Shown here: positions 23,486-34,529 of the stretch, piece after piece
Layout: the number at the start of each line of letters is the position of its first letter
Numbering within the stretch: the first letter of the stretch is position 1
Translations under genes and position numbers: made by a program
Assembly: GCA_977018835.1 (NCBI GenBank)
Contig: OZ361261.1
Span: forward strand, 434,001-498,000
DNA from: Minutocellus sp. GHC0000111
Taxonomy: Eukaryota
Length of the DNA: 64,000 bases
Reading direction: 5' to 3'
The notes under the pieces: model-generated
Seen by the model: only the letters and a program-made list of their open reading frames with translations
Told to the model about the DNA's origin: nothing
The model's database searches: none

Positions 23486-23944
23486 GTAGAAAAGTACAAC
23501 CAAAGAAGAGAAATTTCGGGAAACAAACAAATTGAATCATCCAAGAGCCTGCCGTCACTGTCATTGTGGTAGCGAATAAGATTCAAATGCTTGAGTATAT
23601 TTAGCAAACGAGGCGGTCATGTTCTACATTAAATATACGACTTCATTTATCATTCCAATCTCTCGATCTCGTATCTGCTTCCCTCCCGAGCACGAGGGCA
23701 CCGTCGTTGCTGCCAAGAAGACGAATCTGCGCCACCACCGCCCGATGAGGTGATGAGGTAGGTAGAAAAGTACAACCAAAGAAGAGAAATTTCGGGAAAC
23801 AAACAAATTGAATCATCCAAGAGCCTGCCGTCACTGTCATTGTGGTAGCGAATAAGATTCAAATGCTTGAGTATATTTAGCAAACGAGGCGGTCATGTTC
23901 TACATTAAATATACGACTTCATTTATCATTCCAATCTCTCGATC
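23401..23944 (+). repeat. Tandem duplication (268 bp + 276 bp) of the MYND gene 3' end and UTR
   Basis: 23401-23668 is repeated at 23669-23944. The only difference seen is an extra GATGAGGT in copy 2. Confidence 0.95.
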
Positions 23945-24070
23945 AAATCGGCAGTAAATTTGCCAACCACTCGATTCGACGAATCGTCTTCGCCACTCAG
24001 TATCGTTCCAGTCATTTCCAGATTGTTCTGTCCACTCTTGCCTTCGATCTGCCGACGTCTGCCCCCGTCG

Positions 24071-24748
24071 ATGTATCCCTTGTACCATCATCGCCGGTCC
24101 AGGACCGTCGACAGCTACTTTCATGTTGACCTTGGATCCGCCGAGGGTGGGGAAAATAATGAGCAACCTGCAGTAAGCACAATCTCTCTGGAGATGTCCA
24201 AGCTGTCTCCAGTGGTTCCTCGCACTCTCGTTGCTCGTCCAGCCCACCTTCGTGACACGCGCCGATCGAAGAGTGTCGACTTTCATGCAAACGTTCTCGC
24301 TGGTGGGCATCGCCGCTCCAAGAGTTACAAGATCAGCAGCTCAACTTTAGCATCGTTATATTCCGGAACTTCGAGTAAGAGCTCCTCCAAGCCCAAGGCA
24401 GCTCGCAAGGCAAAGAAGGGAGTCAAGTTCGGTCAAGTTCATTCGCGTGGCTTCAATTTGATTGTATCAGAAAATCCAAATGTCACGTCTGGTCTTGGTA
24501 TTGAATTTGGTTGGGAGCATTGCACCCTGTCGTCGCGGAATCTTGATGAATACGAGCAGAGATTAGAAAATGAATCAGGTGAAACAAAGCGAAGCAATGA
24601 CGAGCTCCTATTGTCGCGCAAGATGAGGAACCGAAAGTTGGTGAAATATGGCAATTATTCTGAGCGTGAGATATTCCTGGAGGAGCGAAAGAGGGAGATG
24701 TCGGATCGTGCCGACTTCTTTCGTCCCGTTGAATCGTTTGATATGTAA
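24071..24748 (+). CDS. Hypothetical protein with a KxVxF..DNP..GW-type motif
   Basis: KKGVKFGQVH..SENPNVTSGLGIEFGWE..DEYE, a motif type I recognise from diatom proteins. The start is uncertain. Confidence 0.6.
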   Translation: MYPLYHHRRSRTVDSYFHVDLGSAEGGENNEQPAVSTISLEMSKLSPVVPRTLVARPAHLRDTRRSKSVDFHANVLAGGHRRSKSYKISSSTLASLYSGTSSKSSSKPKAARKAKKGVKFGQVHSRGFNLIVSENPNVTSGLGIEFGWEHCTLSSRNLDEYEQRLENESGETKRSNDELLLSRKMRNRKLVKYGNYSEREIFLEERKREMSDRADFFRPVESFDM

Positions 24749-24872
24749 ATAGTGCACATATCTAGAGTAGAGAAAGGAGAGTCCTTGCTTAGATGAACCC
24801 CATTGCACATACAGACCTAGATAAGAGAATAGAACCAGCCAAGCAATTCATGTAATAGTTCCCTTTCTACAA

Positions 24873-25649
24873 TTATTTGCAGCTGACTGATGCCATGGAA
24901 CGACATATATCCCCCATCTCCCTCTTCCTCCGTCTCTTCTCTTGCAGTTTGACCACCATCTCGATGCGTTTCAGCCGCCTCTGATCGCGCAGTCGTCGCT
25001 TCAGTTCCTTCCCCGCACCCATCCCGCACGGGTTGGCTTTGGTGCCGGTATGAGAAGATGAACCGTACGGAACATTCACAGCCTTGCGCACTATCCGTCG
25101 CTGTCGTCGCTTGGAACTGGATATTGTCCGATCCTTGCCCCTTGCCTTGGCGTGTGCAAATAAAGACGATACTTTCTTGCAGAGTTCATCATCAATGGCT
25201 GCATCTGCTGAGGGAGAGGCCCGTCTTCGTGGTGCTTGCTTCTTTGTGACACGTGCTTGCTCTTTCTTCTTATTATTCGCACTCCCATCTTTCGCCGAGG
25301 ACTCGCCCACCCAAAAGTCCGGAAAGTCGGGAAATCCTGGTACTCCGCCACTGTCACCACCGGTGTTCTTTTCACCTGCCGACATGGTTGCATCGCCCAA
25401 TGTGTTGCTGTACAGCCCCATGTGAAGCTTCTTGGGCAACGCAAAGTTGTTCCACGGTCCGTCCACCGTCGCTGGTCCCATGGACAGACTGGCCGTGGCC
25501 GCCCGCGCCAGTTCTTCGTCGATGCTGGATGGTTCCGCCGGTGCCGGAGATGGATTCAGCGGCCGGGGCGGGGGTGCGTACACCACCAACGCCGAGGACG
25601 AGGCCGAGGAGGGCGGGGCGCAGGAGGAATTCGGTCGGTCGATGTCCAT
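24873..25649 (-). CDS. Hypothetical basic protein
   Basis: 258-aa ATG-initiated ORF, low complexity with a basic C-terminus, positioned divergently from the next gene. Confidence 0.5.
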   Translation of the reverse strand: MDIDRPNSSCAPPSSASSSALVVYAPPPRPLNPSPAPAEPSSIDEELARAATASLSMGPATVDGPWNNFALPKKLHMGLYSNTLGDATMSAGEKNTGGDSGGVPGFPDFPDFWVGESSAKDGSANNKKKEQARVTKKQAPRRRASPSADAAIDDELCKKVSSLFAHAKARGKDRTISSSKRRQRRIVRKAVNVPYGSSSHTGTKANPCGMGAGKELKRRLRDQRRLKRIEMVVKLQEKRRRKREMGDICRSMASVSCK

Positions 25650-26130
25650 CGTGCCGGCTTTTTTTGCTTGCTTGCTTTCTGTTGCGCTGCGCTCGGGTTC
25701 GGCCCGTCGTCGTCAATCCTGAATCGCCGAGAAAAACGAAATTATTGATTTATCGTCGCAAATCCAACAATGTTGAACCTTCCCTTCCCTGCCTCAATGG
25801 CGCCTTGCAGCCTCCATCGATATGCTCAATGGCCCCTCGCAGCCTCCTGCTTTGCGCCTTTCCCGCCGCCGCCGCGCGCGGCCTCTCGCCAAAACGTACG
25901 TATTCGTTCGCCGTACGTAATTCCGGTGACGTGTCAACACGTGGCAAATTCTTCCTCGAAAAATCCAAGCACGGCAGCACCCAAGTCAAGACGCGCCTCA
26001 AAAAGATGGCCACCGGCACCGGCGGCCCGGTCGAAACACATCGATTGCTTCCATTCTACAACCCATTATCTATTCATCAACATCCCTACGTAGGTTGGTG
26101 AATAGAAACAGATAAGGGCCCGAGAAAGCA

Positions 26131-28671
26131 ATGGGGCGCTTCCACGTCGGCGATCCTGCGGAGGACGACGACGCGTCGTCCCCGTCAGCTGCTGCCGCCG
26201 CCAAGAATGGCCATGGCGGGAGCTCAAACGTGGAGGCGATGGAGGTGGACGACAACATGGCCCACGATCCTTCCTCTCGTGTCGGTGATGACAGCGAAGA
26301 AGAAGAGGAGCTCGTGGGCAGAGCGAGTGAACCGTGGGAGGACCGGTGCTACGACGACGAGCACGTGGCGGTCCGCCATACTTCTACTCGTGGCACGAGC
26401 AAAGGGAGGAGCGAGCCAGTATCAACCCCGCCACCGCCGCACGATGACAACGACAACAACAGCGGTGCCGTGATACCGTACGATCCCGACCAAGCCGCGG
26501 CCGAAGAGCTGGCGGCCCAGATGGATAGAGACTGCCACAATCATCGGCGCTACCGGTCGTATTCGCACGAGCACGAGCATCAGCCGGAATATGAGTATCA
26601 TGATGACGAGGAAGAGGAGAGGGAGAAGCAGGCACGGATTGCCACGAGGATGCAGATGCTCTGGGGTGGACGCGGCGGGTCGCAGCAGAGACGACGCGGG
26701 GGCAGCTCCGATGCTGGTGACGGAGAATATGATGAGAACGACGACAAAAGAGTGGGTGGTCATGTGCTCGGCGGTGGAGGCTACAATATGTACAACAATG
26801 GAGGAGGCGGTGCTGCACCGCCGTATTCAGCCAACATTTACGGCCACGGATACGGCTACTTCCAGGGAGGGCAGCAGTACAACAACAACGGTGGAGCAAT
26901 GATGGCTTCTTATCATGGCAATGGCAATGGAGATCCTTACGCATTCCATCCGCACAATGGCAATTCCTATACCGGCAATTCCCACCAACCCAGCCTCCTC
27001 CAACGTCTGCGCCGCTCTCGTCCCATCGTCCGGTACAGTATCATCATTCTTTTGGGCATCCTTTTGTCCTATCTGTCTCGCCGGGCCCCGCCCCCTCCTC
27101 TGCCGCATTACGACTGGACGTCGTACATCGTCCACTCGACGCACAGCATCCTCGGCGAGGTGGAGAGGGTGTCGCACGATGCGGTGTACATACTGGGTGG
27201 ATTCGTCCGCAACGTGTATCAGGATGCGGTGGAATTGAAGGATGCGATGGCGTTTGGGGGTGATGGAGATGGACTAGGAGGGGGAAGAAACGGTAGATGC
27301 GTCCTCAGAATCCCTACCTTTCCCATGGATGAGTCGGCTGACGCTACGATCAGTCCATTGGATACCATAAGTTTTATTGAGCAGCGTCTCGGCGAGAACA
27401 TCTTTGGGCAGGAACGAGCACTTCGAGCCATCTCCCGGGCATTGGAGGCCTGGGAAGGCCCGAGTGGCGACGACAATGGATCAGAGTCGGAAGCAAGCGT
27501 CGAGGGAGAATGCACGCCGAGCAACAACGAGAATGACGACGAGAATTCTAAAACTTGCAAAGCTCCAATCTCGTCGCCCAACCATCGAGGTGATGGCAAA
27601 CCACTCACACTGTTGTTGTCTGGTCCGGAGGGCACCGGAAAGAGTGAAACGGCAAGGCTCCTAGCACGACTTGTCTTTCCAGATTGTCTTGGATCAGACA
27701 ATGATTTGGCCGGCGATTCTGATCCTTCTGCACCCCTGCGAAGCATTCATCAGGCAGCAATGCCCCGAGGACTTCTTTTCATCGATGGTCAATCCTATTC
27801 CGATGTTGATAGGCAGCAACCAGAAGGATATGCCTACCACCAACGAACCAGGACATTCAGTGATCGAATCGACAGTCATATTCAGAAGCAACGAGGGGCC
27901 GGGGCTGTCATTATCATCAGTCACATAGAGGATGTGTCCCCTTCCATTGCTGGAGAGTTGGTGCGACTGATCAGGTCGTCGTCGGCAAAAATAAATGGCA
28001 ACGAATCAAGCGGATTATTGGTGGGTGAGAAAGGCGTACAGTGGAACAATGTACTGTTCCTCTTTACTTCATACCTCGGCGCGGACAAACTCTTCCAACT
28101 TATTCATACCTATGAGGGAATCGAGTACATTTCCGATAAAGATCTCACCACTACCGTCCGCAACGAGATCGATAATCACTTTGGTTCGTCGACTGGCCTT
28201 GGAAATGCGATCAATACCATCACCACCTTCATGCCTCTTAAGGCGGAACAGATGGAGGACATACTCTACCGCAAGGTTATTGAGCTTAGCCAGAAGCATG
28301 AAGGGTCGCTTTGGAAGCGACTTGATGTTACTGAGCGAGCACTGTCATACTTCGCAGGGTCGGATCATAATGAGTATCTATCGCTGAAGAATCGGGAGAC
28401 CGGATCGACCGTCTTCTCTTTCTCAAAGCGCGGTGCTCATACGCTAGATGACGATGTCTTGCTGCAAACCTTGCGATCGGTCCGTCGGCACATCTCGGCG
28501 AGGCCGGATGAGATTGCTGTCTTTGATTATGATTTGAATGATGGCGTAGCGACAATAGTCTGGTGCACTGATGATGATTCATCGTTGGTCGACCGGCAGA
28601 ACCAGCCGAGTTTGGACTTGTCAACACTCAAGTGCGCTGGCGATGTTGCGTGGCGAGGAGACTTGAAGTAA
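26131..28671 (+). CDS. Torsin/ClpB-D2-like AAA+ membrane protein
   Basis: One TM segment, then L.ENIFGQERA, KPLTLLLSGPEGTGKS (Walker A), FLFTS..G and FMPL. Confidence 0.75.
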   Translation: MGRFHVGDPAEDDDASSPSAAAAAKNGHGGSSNVEAMEVDDNMAHDPSSRVGDDSEEEEELVGRASEPWEDRCYDDEHVAVRHTSTRGTSKGRSEPVSTPPPPHDDNDNNSGAVIPYDPDQAAAEELAAQMDRDCHNHRRYRSYSHEHEHQPEYEYHDDEEEEREKQARIATRMQMLWGGRGGSQQRRRGGSSDAGDGEYDENDDKRVGGHVLGGGGYNMYNNGGGGAAPPYSANIYGHGYGYFQGGQQYNNNGGAMMASYHGNGNGDPYAFHPHNGNSYTGNSHQPSLLQRLRRSRPIVRYSIIILLGILLSYLSRRAPPPPLPHYDWTSYIVHSTHSILGEVERVSHDAVYILGGFVRNVYQDAVELKDAMAFGGDGDGLGGGRNGRCVLRIPTFPMDESADATISPLDTISFIEQRLGENIFGQERALRAISRALEAWEGPSGDDNGSESEASVEGECTPSNNENDDENSKTCKAPISSPNHRGDGKPLTLLLSGPEGTGKSETARLLARLVFPDCLGSDNDLAGDSDPSAPLRSIHQAAMPRGLLFIDGQSYSDVDRQQPEGYAYHQRTRTFSDRIDSHIQKQRGAGAVIIISHIEDVSPSIAGELVRLIRSSSAKINGNESSGLLVGEKGVQWNNVLFLFTSYLGADKLFQLIHTYEGIEYISDKDLTTTVRNEIDNHFGSSTGLGNAINTITTFMPLKAEQMEDILYRKVIELSQKHEGSLWKRLDVTERALSYFAGSDHNEYLSLKNRETGSTVFSFSKRGAHTLDDDVLLQTLRSVRRHISARPDEIAVFDYDLNDGVATIVWCTDDDSSLVDRQNQPSLDLSTLKCAGDVAWRGDLK

Positions 28672-29012
28672 GTGCACGCAATGATTGAGTCCTCAATAAC
28701 AAGAAAATAAGCGCATAAAATATTTTAGCGAATAATGATTTCATCTTTTTGTTATCTACTCGATTGGTTTGATGTTGGTAAACTAAATTGTGTGCAGAGA
28801 TCGATACGAAATCGTCCTCGTGTTTACTACGTAGCTTGAGGAGGTGAATCTGTTTCCCTCTGATATTATCGACGACACGCCACCCTCCTTTTTTGTTAAA
28901 AGCATGTTTTACATGCTGTAGCTGCAAATGCGTCTAAGGCACTGCGTAAAAAACATGGGATCCCCATTGGCAATTATGATGCTTTAGCCAAGTTGCAATT
29001 TACTCGTTGGCT

Positions 29013-31338
29013 TTAGTGCACCTTCTGCCTCTTCGTACCACCGATCACATCCTCCTCGTGGACGGAGAGGGCGCGCTTCCTCTGGTCGGCGGGGGAGGTG
29101 CCATGTGACTGAGCAATGGCATCAAAGTGTTGAAGAGCCTGGTTGGCGACGATGGGAGAGGCGCGGAAGCCTCCTCGGGGTCCGGAGGCCGTGACGACCT
29201 TCATGCGGGTAGGATTGGCACTCGGAGTCTTGGTAGCCGAGAGGGTCTGAGAGGGAAAGGCCGGACTCTGAAGAGGGAACGGCTGACGCAGCATAGACGT
29301 TTCCCACCCGGGTGAGCCAAGCAATCCGCCGTGCTCTCCCTTCTCGTTGGGAGTGAAGCCCTTGATACCCTGAGAAAGAAAAGAATACAATATGAAGACG
29401 TTCGAAGAAGATGAGATCGATTGAAAAGCCGTTTGAGGAGAAACGGTGATTCTCGCCGATTGATCTTACCTGAATGGAGGAAAAGCCGGGGGAGCCCATG
29501 AAGGGGCTGCATTCGAAGGACTTGAAAGCGGCACCGGGCGTACCGATGGCGGAGGTGTCGATATCCTTTCCACGCTTCGAGCGCGAAGGTGTTTTCATCT
29601 TCCTGCTACCTCCTCTGCCCGGAGTAGTCGTTTCCGAAAAGAAATCGATCGTACCGGCGATGCTGCTCAAACTGGCAGCGCCCTTGAGCGTACCGGCCCC
29701 CATTGGAGAAGGCTGCAACTGAGCAGGAACGGGTCTATTCGATCTTCTCGGAGAGGTCAAGGGCTCTTCATCCCCCCACGTTAGGAGGTTGCCAGCAAGA
29801 GGACTAAAGTCTTCTTCGGGAACCTTATCGGACGTGGCAGTCGAGACGTCCTTTTCGGGCTTGCCATCCTTGCCGGTGTAGGGATTGAGCCTCTCGGCCT
29901 TCATCTGGAAGAAAGATGGCAGGGCCTCGCGCTCTTCATCCGTCAGATTGATCGAGTTGAGAGCAGCGGTGCTACCAGTCTCGAAGACGCCGTTTTCCTC
30001 TGCCAGTCGTTGACGCTCCAATTTTGAGCACCACATACCATCGATGTAGCCCCCCTTCAGGTTCTTCTTGGCATGTTCTTTCAGCTCCTCGAGCTGTTCC
30101 TTGGTAGGTTGAGGAGAAACGTCGTTGATGAAAGCTCTGGGCCGCTTGGAATGAGCAGAAGGGGTGGGTACTTCCATCGAATCGAAAGGATAAATGCCAG
30201 CTCCGTGTCCATGGTGAGCACCGCCAGGAACAGCTCCATGTCCGTGGTGCATGGCCAACATTCCACCGATGGCCGAGGCATCGTACTGACCATGACCGTA
30301 GGAACCGTAAGGACCGTGAGATGCATACGTAGACTGGGTCTGACCAGGAATAGGTGGGACAGGTGGAATAGGCATGGTTGCCATGATATGGGCAGGGTGG
30401 GCGACGTGGACTGCAGGATGAGAGTGGCCAGGACCGCTACTAGTATGACCGGGATGGCCGTACGCGTGGGGTCGCCCGGGGTGGCCGGCAGGAGGTGCAG
30501 CAACCGCAGTGGCAGCGGCATGGGCCGCCTTGGCGGCATTCATCGCCTCGAAGCTGTCGAACTGACGTCGGGGCTGGGCAATGTACAAAGTGGGTGGGTT
30601 CTTCTGGGAGCTTTCCTTCTTGCCTTTTCCTCGGTTGGCAGTTGCCGAGGTTCGGACGGCCCTGAGAACGCCCTCCACGTCTTTGCCGATGATGTAGCGA
30701 CCCGTCTCGGGATCTTTGATGAGGGACTTGCCCTTCTGATCAACCCAATTCTTGGAGGCGATGTACCGCTCGATCTTGCGCTTCATGCTGGAATTCCAGT
30801 GGTTCTTGATGGCATTGTCGGTACGTCCAGGAAGGAGCTTGGCAATCTCGGCCCACTTGTTGCCGAGACCCTCGTGATGGGCGATGATGAGACGGTCCTC
30901 CTCCTCACTCCAGGGCATCTTGCTGATGGCCGGGTTGAGATGGTTGTGCCAACGCTCGCGGCACTGCTTTCCGATGCGGCCGGGGAGTTCGGCAGCGATC
31001 TGACTCCAACGCTTGGCTCCATGAGCCTCGACGAGGCGCATAATCTTTTCATCTTCCTCCTTCGTCCACGGACCCTTGAGGGCACCGGCCTTCTCTCCTC
31101 CGCGGATGCCGGTAATCTTGTTGTATCGCCTCATGCACTCGGCCGACTTGCGACCGTTGCCGACCATACGGGCAACCTGGGACCAATCCAGATCGCGAAT
31201 CTTGTCCCTCTCCAGCTCCGAGGCATCCCGGCGGTCAGGGTTGAGCTGGTAGGCATCGTTCGACGACGACGACTTCTTCTTGCCCTTCTTGCCATTGCTG
31301 GGGTGGAGGGCCTCGACGGCCTTCATGAGGTCTTGGTC
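29013..31338 (-). CDS. MYB transcription factor (3R-type); first exon not located
   Basis: R2/R3 repeats [42 protein letters not shown] and a partial R1 ([18 protein letters not shown]). There is a GT-AG intron at 29469-29370 and an upstream acceptor CAG at 31339-31341. Confidence 0.85.
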
Positions 31339-31559
31339 CTGTTGAGTTTTGTTGGTATTGGTGTGGGTGGAAGGAAAATGAAAAGGATATACAATAGGCA
31401 GCGAGAAAGAAAGCGTGGGGAGTCAGTATTGAGTAAGATCGGGAGAATAATGCCATCCAGAGGGGAAACGGGCTCTCGTCATCAGACCGGCAAAAATATC
31501 AAGTGCGGAAACCTCCTCCCTCCATCCCACCACGGTTCAATAGAGACAAGATACCAATG

Positions 31560-32800
31560 TCTTCGGCCGAAGGCTTAATGATGAGCTCATGATATCGGAA
31601 CAATCAGCGGACAAAGGATGGGCTGTGGGGTGTTGACGAGAGGAATGACGGACCTGACCCGCCGGAACTGTGATGGTCAGGTCTTGACCGCATGGTGACG
31701 GTACTACTCAACCCTCCTCCCTCCACACGACGGCGGCCGCCAACCCTCCCGCTGCCACGACGCTTCCCAACCTTGGCATGAAACCCGAAGGATCCGGCCT
31801 GCGCGAACGCACGCGTTACAATCCCGAACGGGTTCGATGAAATGCTCCAGACATCCACTCTCAGGTACTGGCTCGTCATGACTGGAATGTTGGCTCGTCA
31901 AAACCTGGAAAGTACCGTCCTTTCCCAACTCAATGGCATTGGCGCAACGAAAAGGTCCGACGGCAGGGCCGGTCGGACCTTGAAATGCTTGGATTGTTGA
32001 AACTTACCTGTGATGGGTCAAGAAGTGGAGGTGCGGCACAAAACCAAATGGCCAAAACAAAAAACAAGCACGTGTAGTGTTGCGGTGAGATACGATTGAG
32101 ATACCGGAGGTTCAAAGTTCAAAGAGGAGACACAAAGTACAAATGCACATTATCATATTGCAGTGGGTACCATATGCAAACAAATGTGTGTATGCGAGGG
32201 TATCTTGGCCGACTGACGAACATCCGGTCCCTTCGTCGGCACCTCACCATGGCTGGCCTCAAAATCCAGCACAACACAAGCCCAAACAAACACGAGACGC
32301 ATGCACCAGCAGCCGATGAGCACGCGACAACCGCAAAACAAAGCTTACCTCCTTATCGGACCAGCGCAGGGCACGGGCCGAGATGATGGGCGGTCCCTCC
32401 ATGGATGTGGGCATATTTTTGAATTGATGGATGAATTTGAATGGGGATGCAATTCAAACAAGTGCGACGAGAATCAGTCAGGCGAGAGATGTGCTGATCT
32501 GGTCTGTGCGTGCGACGATCGGAGGATACGCAAGCGGGAGATATTCAGGAACGAATCGAGATACCGGATGCAGCAGCGGATACTGCGAGCAAAGGACTGG
32601 ATTGAGGATGCTAATGCCTTGCCCAATGCACTGGAATTTTGAAGTATCCAGGCAGTGTGTGGTACTTGGTCCTCCAGCGCAAAATATGAGCCAACACGAA
32701 ATGCTGTGCCAAAGTTTTTGGCCAAGAAGATCGCTTGACCAGCCCAGTCGAAATAAATTCAAAAATTGAGGCCTTTTAAAGCGTACAAGGCCTTTGTTTA
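31560..32800. mobile_element. Possible degenerate repeat or TE-derived DNA
   Basis: No credible ORF, CA/TG-rich TA-poor patches, and an A-tract end near 32750-32790. Boundaries are approximate. Confidence 0.3.
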
Positions 32801-33006
32801 GTTATTACTTTTTTATACAGACATGAAGAAAAATATGATAATCCAAGGCCTTTCAGAGTCGAGTGAGTCCGTAGATTCGAGCATTGAAAATCCGACACGC
32901 CAAACGAACCTCGACCGACCTCACACTCACAGACCTCACACGCCCATCACAACTGCTGGCTTGCGCACTGCTCCCTGGGGCTTCCTTCCTTCTTGTGTTG
33001 GTAAAA

Positions 33007-34440
33007 ATGACATCATCACCACCATCCACACGCCCCAAACCCATGCCCACCAGAGTCTATGTGCGGATACGACCCGAATCCGAGAGCGGTGGTCATGCTT
33101 CCGTCGCCCTCACAGCAGCCACTTCCAACTCAAATTCCAAGAAAGCCAAGGCCCAGCGAAAGCTCACCGCCAAGGCTTTGCATAGCTGGTCCGACGATTC
33201 CGTCACTCTCAGCACGCAGTATACCTTTTCCAAAGGCAAGGCGTGCTACAATTTCCCCCAAAGAGTGCTCGGACCCACCACGAAACAGGCTCAGGCATAT
33301 GAGGAAATGAATGTGGCATCTCTCGTGGAGGAATTCACAACCTTTGGCGGACGGAATGTCATGATGTTTGCATATGGACAGACTGGAAGTGGAAAGACGC
33401 ATACGATGCTTGGTACAGACGATTCCCTAAGGTGGCGCGATGACGACATTAGCAACACTTATTCCACTTGCCAAGAAGATACCGCCACCAAAGCCAAGAA
33501 GACGAAGAAAGGATGGGGAATTTTCCCTCGCGCATTTTCTCAGGCAATCAACATCCTGAAGGAAAGAGATCAGCCACACATGCTATCGGCATCCGCAGTA
33601 GAGTTCTATCTTGGCGGATGTTCCGATCTGCTGACTCAAGAGCCCAATGCTGTGCAGATTGATCCAGATACCAATGAACCGATTAATGCCACAACGATGG
33701 AAATGACGTCCATGGCCGATCTACTGAGATATCTCAACCTGGTACAAAAGAACCGAACGACGCGAGGCACATGCATGAACGATAGCAGCAGTCGCAGCCA
33801 CGCGGCATTGATTCTTACTTTGCGGCAGATCGATGTCGATGACAAGACTTGCAGCCAAACAACCTTTACTCTTGTGGATTTGGGTGGTGCCGAAAGGCCG
33901 ACCAAAACAAAGGAGAAGCGATTTACGAGCACGGACATGATATTGTGGGAGATGTCCAAAGGAAAAGAGGTGCCGACTGGAGCTCAGGCCTACATCATCA
34001 ACTGGGAGCTATCCATGATTGCTACTGAGATTGCCCGAGCGACCGAGGCACATAGGAAAAAACGGCCATATGCACCACCTAGGCAATTGGCAACCGATGC
34101 CACTCGTTTCCTCAGCTCTAGTTTCAATGGATCTGCATTAACTTGTCTGTGTCTGTGCCTTTCTCCGGCAAATATCAATGGCTGGGAAACTTGGTTCTCC
34201 TTGAAATGGGGCGAGAATGTGAGTAAGTTGGAAATCGATGTAAGGGGACAAAGGCCTAAAAACATCGCCCAGGAAACTAAGGAAGCCGAAAAGGAAGTCA
34301 GAATTGCAAGAAAAGATTTGGATGGGGCTTCAAAGAATAACAGATTTTATGCCAAACGAAAATTCCGATTCGATGCCGCTAGCAAAAAACTGAGCGATTT
34401 GCATGCGATGTCGAAAATGATGGGCGCTCGTAGCGCGTAG
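33007..34440 (+). CDS. Kinesin motor-domain protein (divergent)
   Basis: Motifs VYVRIRP, FAYGQTGSGKTHTM, NDSSSRSHA and LVDLGGAER. Confidence 0.92.
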   Translation: MTSSPPSTRPKPMPTRVYVRIRPESESGGHASVALTAATSNSNSKKAKAQRKLTAKALHSWSDDSVTLSTQYTFSKGKACYNFPQRVLGPTTKQAQAYEEMNVASLVEEFTTFGGRNVMMFAYGQTGSGKTHTMLGTDDSLRWRDDDISNTYSTCQEDTATKAKKTKKGWGIFPRAFSQAINILKERDQPHMLSASAVEFYLGGCSDLLTQEPNAVQIDPDTNEPINATTMEMTSMADLLRYLNLVQKNRTTRGTCMNDSSSRSHAALILTLRQIDVDDKTCSQTTFTLVDLGGAERPTKTKEKRFTSTDMILWEMSKGKEVPTGAQAYIINWELSMIATEIARATEAHRKKRPYAPPRQLATDATRFLSSSFNGSALTCLCLCLSPANINGWETWFSLKWGENVSKLEIDVRGQRPKNIAQETKEAEKEVRIARKDLDGASKNNRFYAKRKFRFDAASKKLSDLHAMSKMMGARSA

Positions 34441-34529
34441 TCTACGAGTAGACTAGTAGAGAATCAATATATGTAAGATATATAGGGAATGTCGACAAAC
34501 AATTACAGGGATTTAAAGTATGCTAAAGA

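Noticed and set aside
23401..23944. CRISPR-like or satellite array
   Set aside because: There are only two long units, no spacers and no cas genes, and the context is eukaryotic.
30073..31578. 501-aa plus-strand ORF
   Set aside because: It is the antisense shadow of the GC-rich MYB coding sequence and has no motifs. The same applies to the shadows over the carrier, NAC-alpha and QSOX-like genes.
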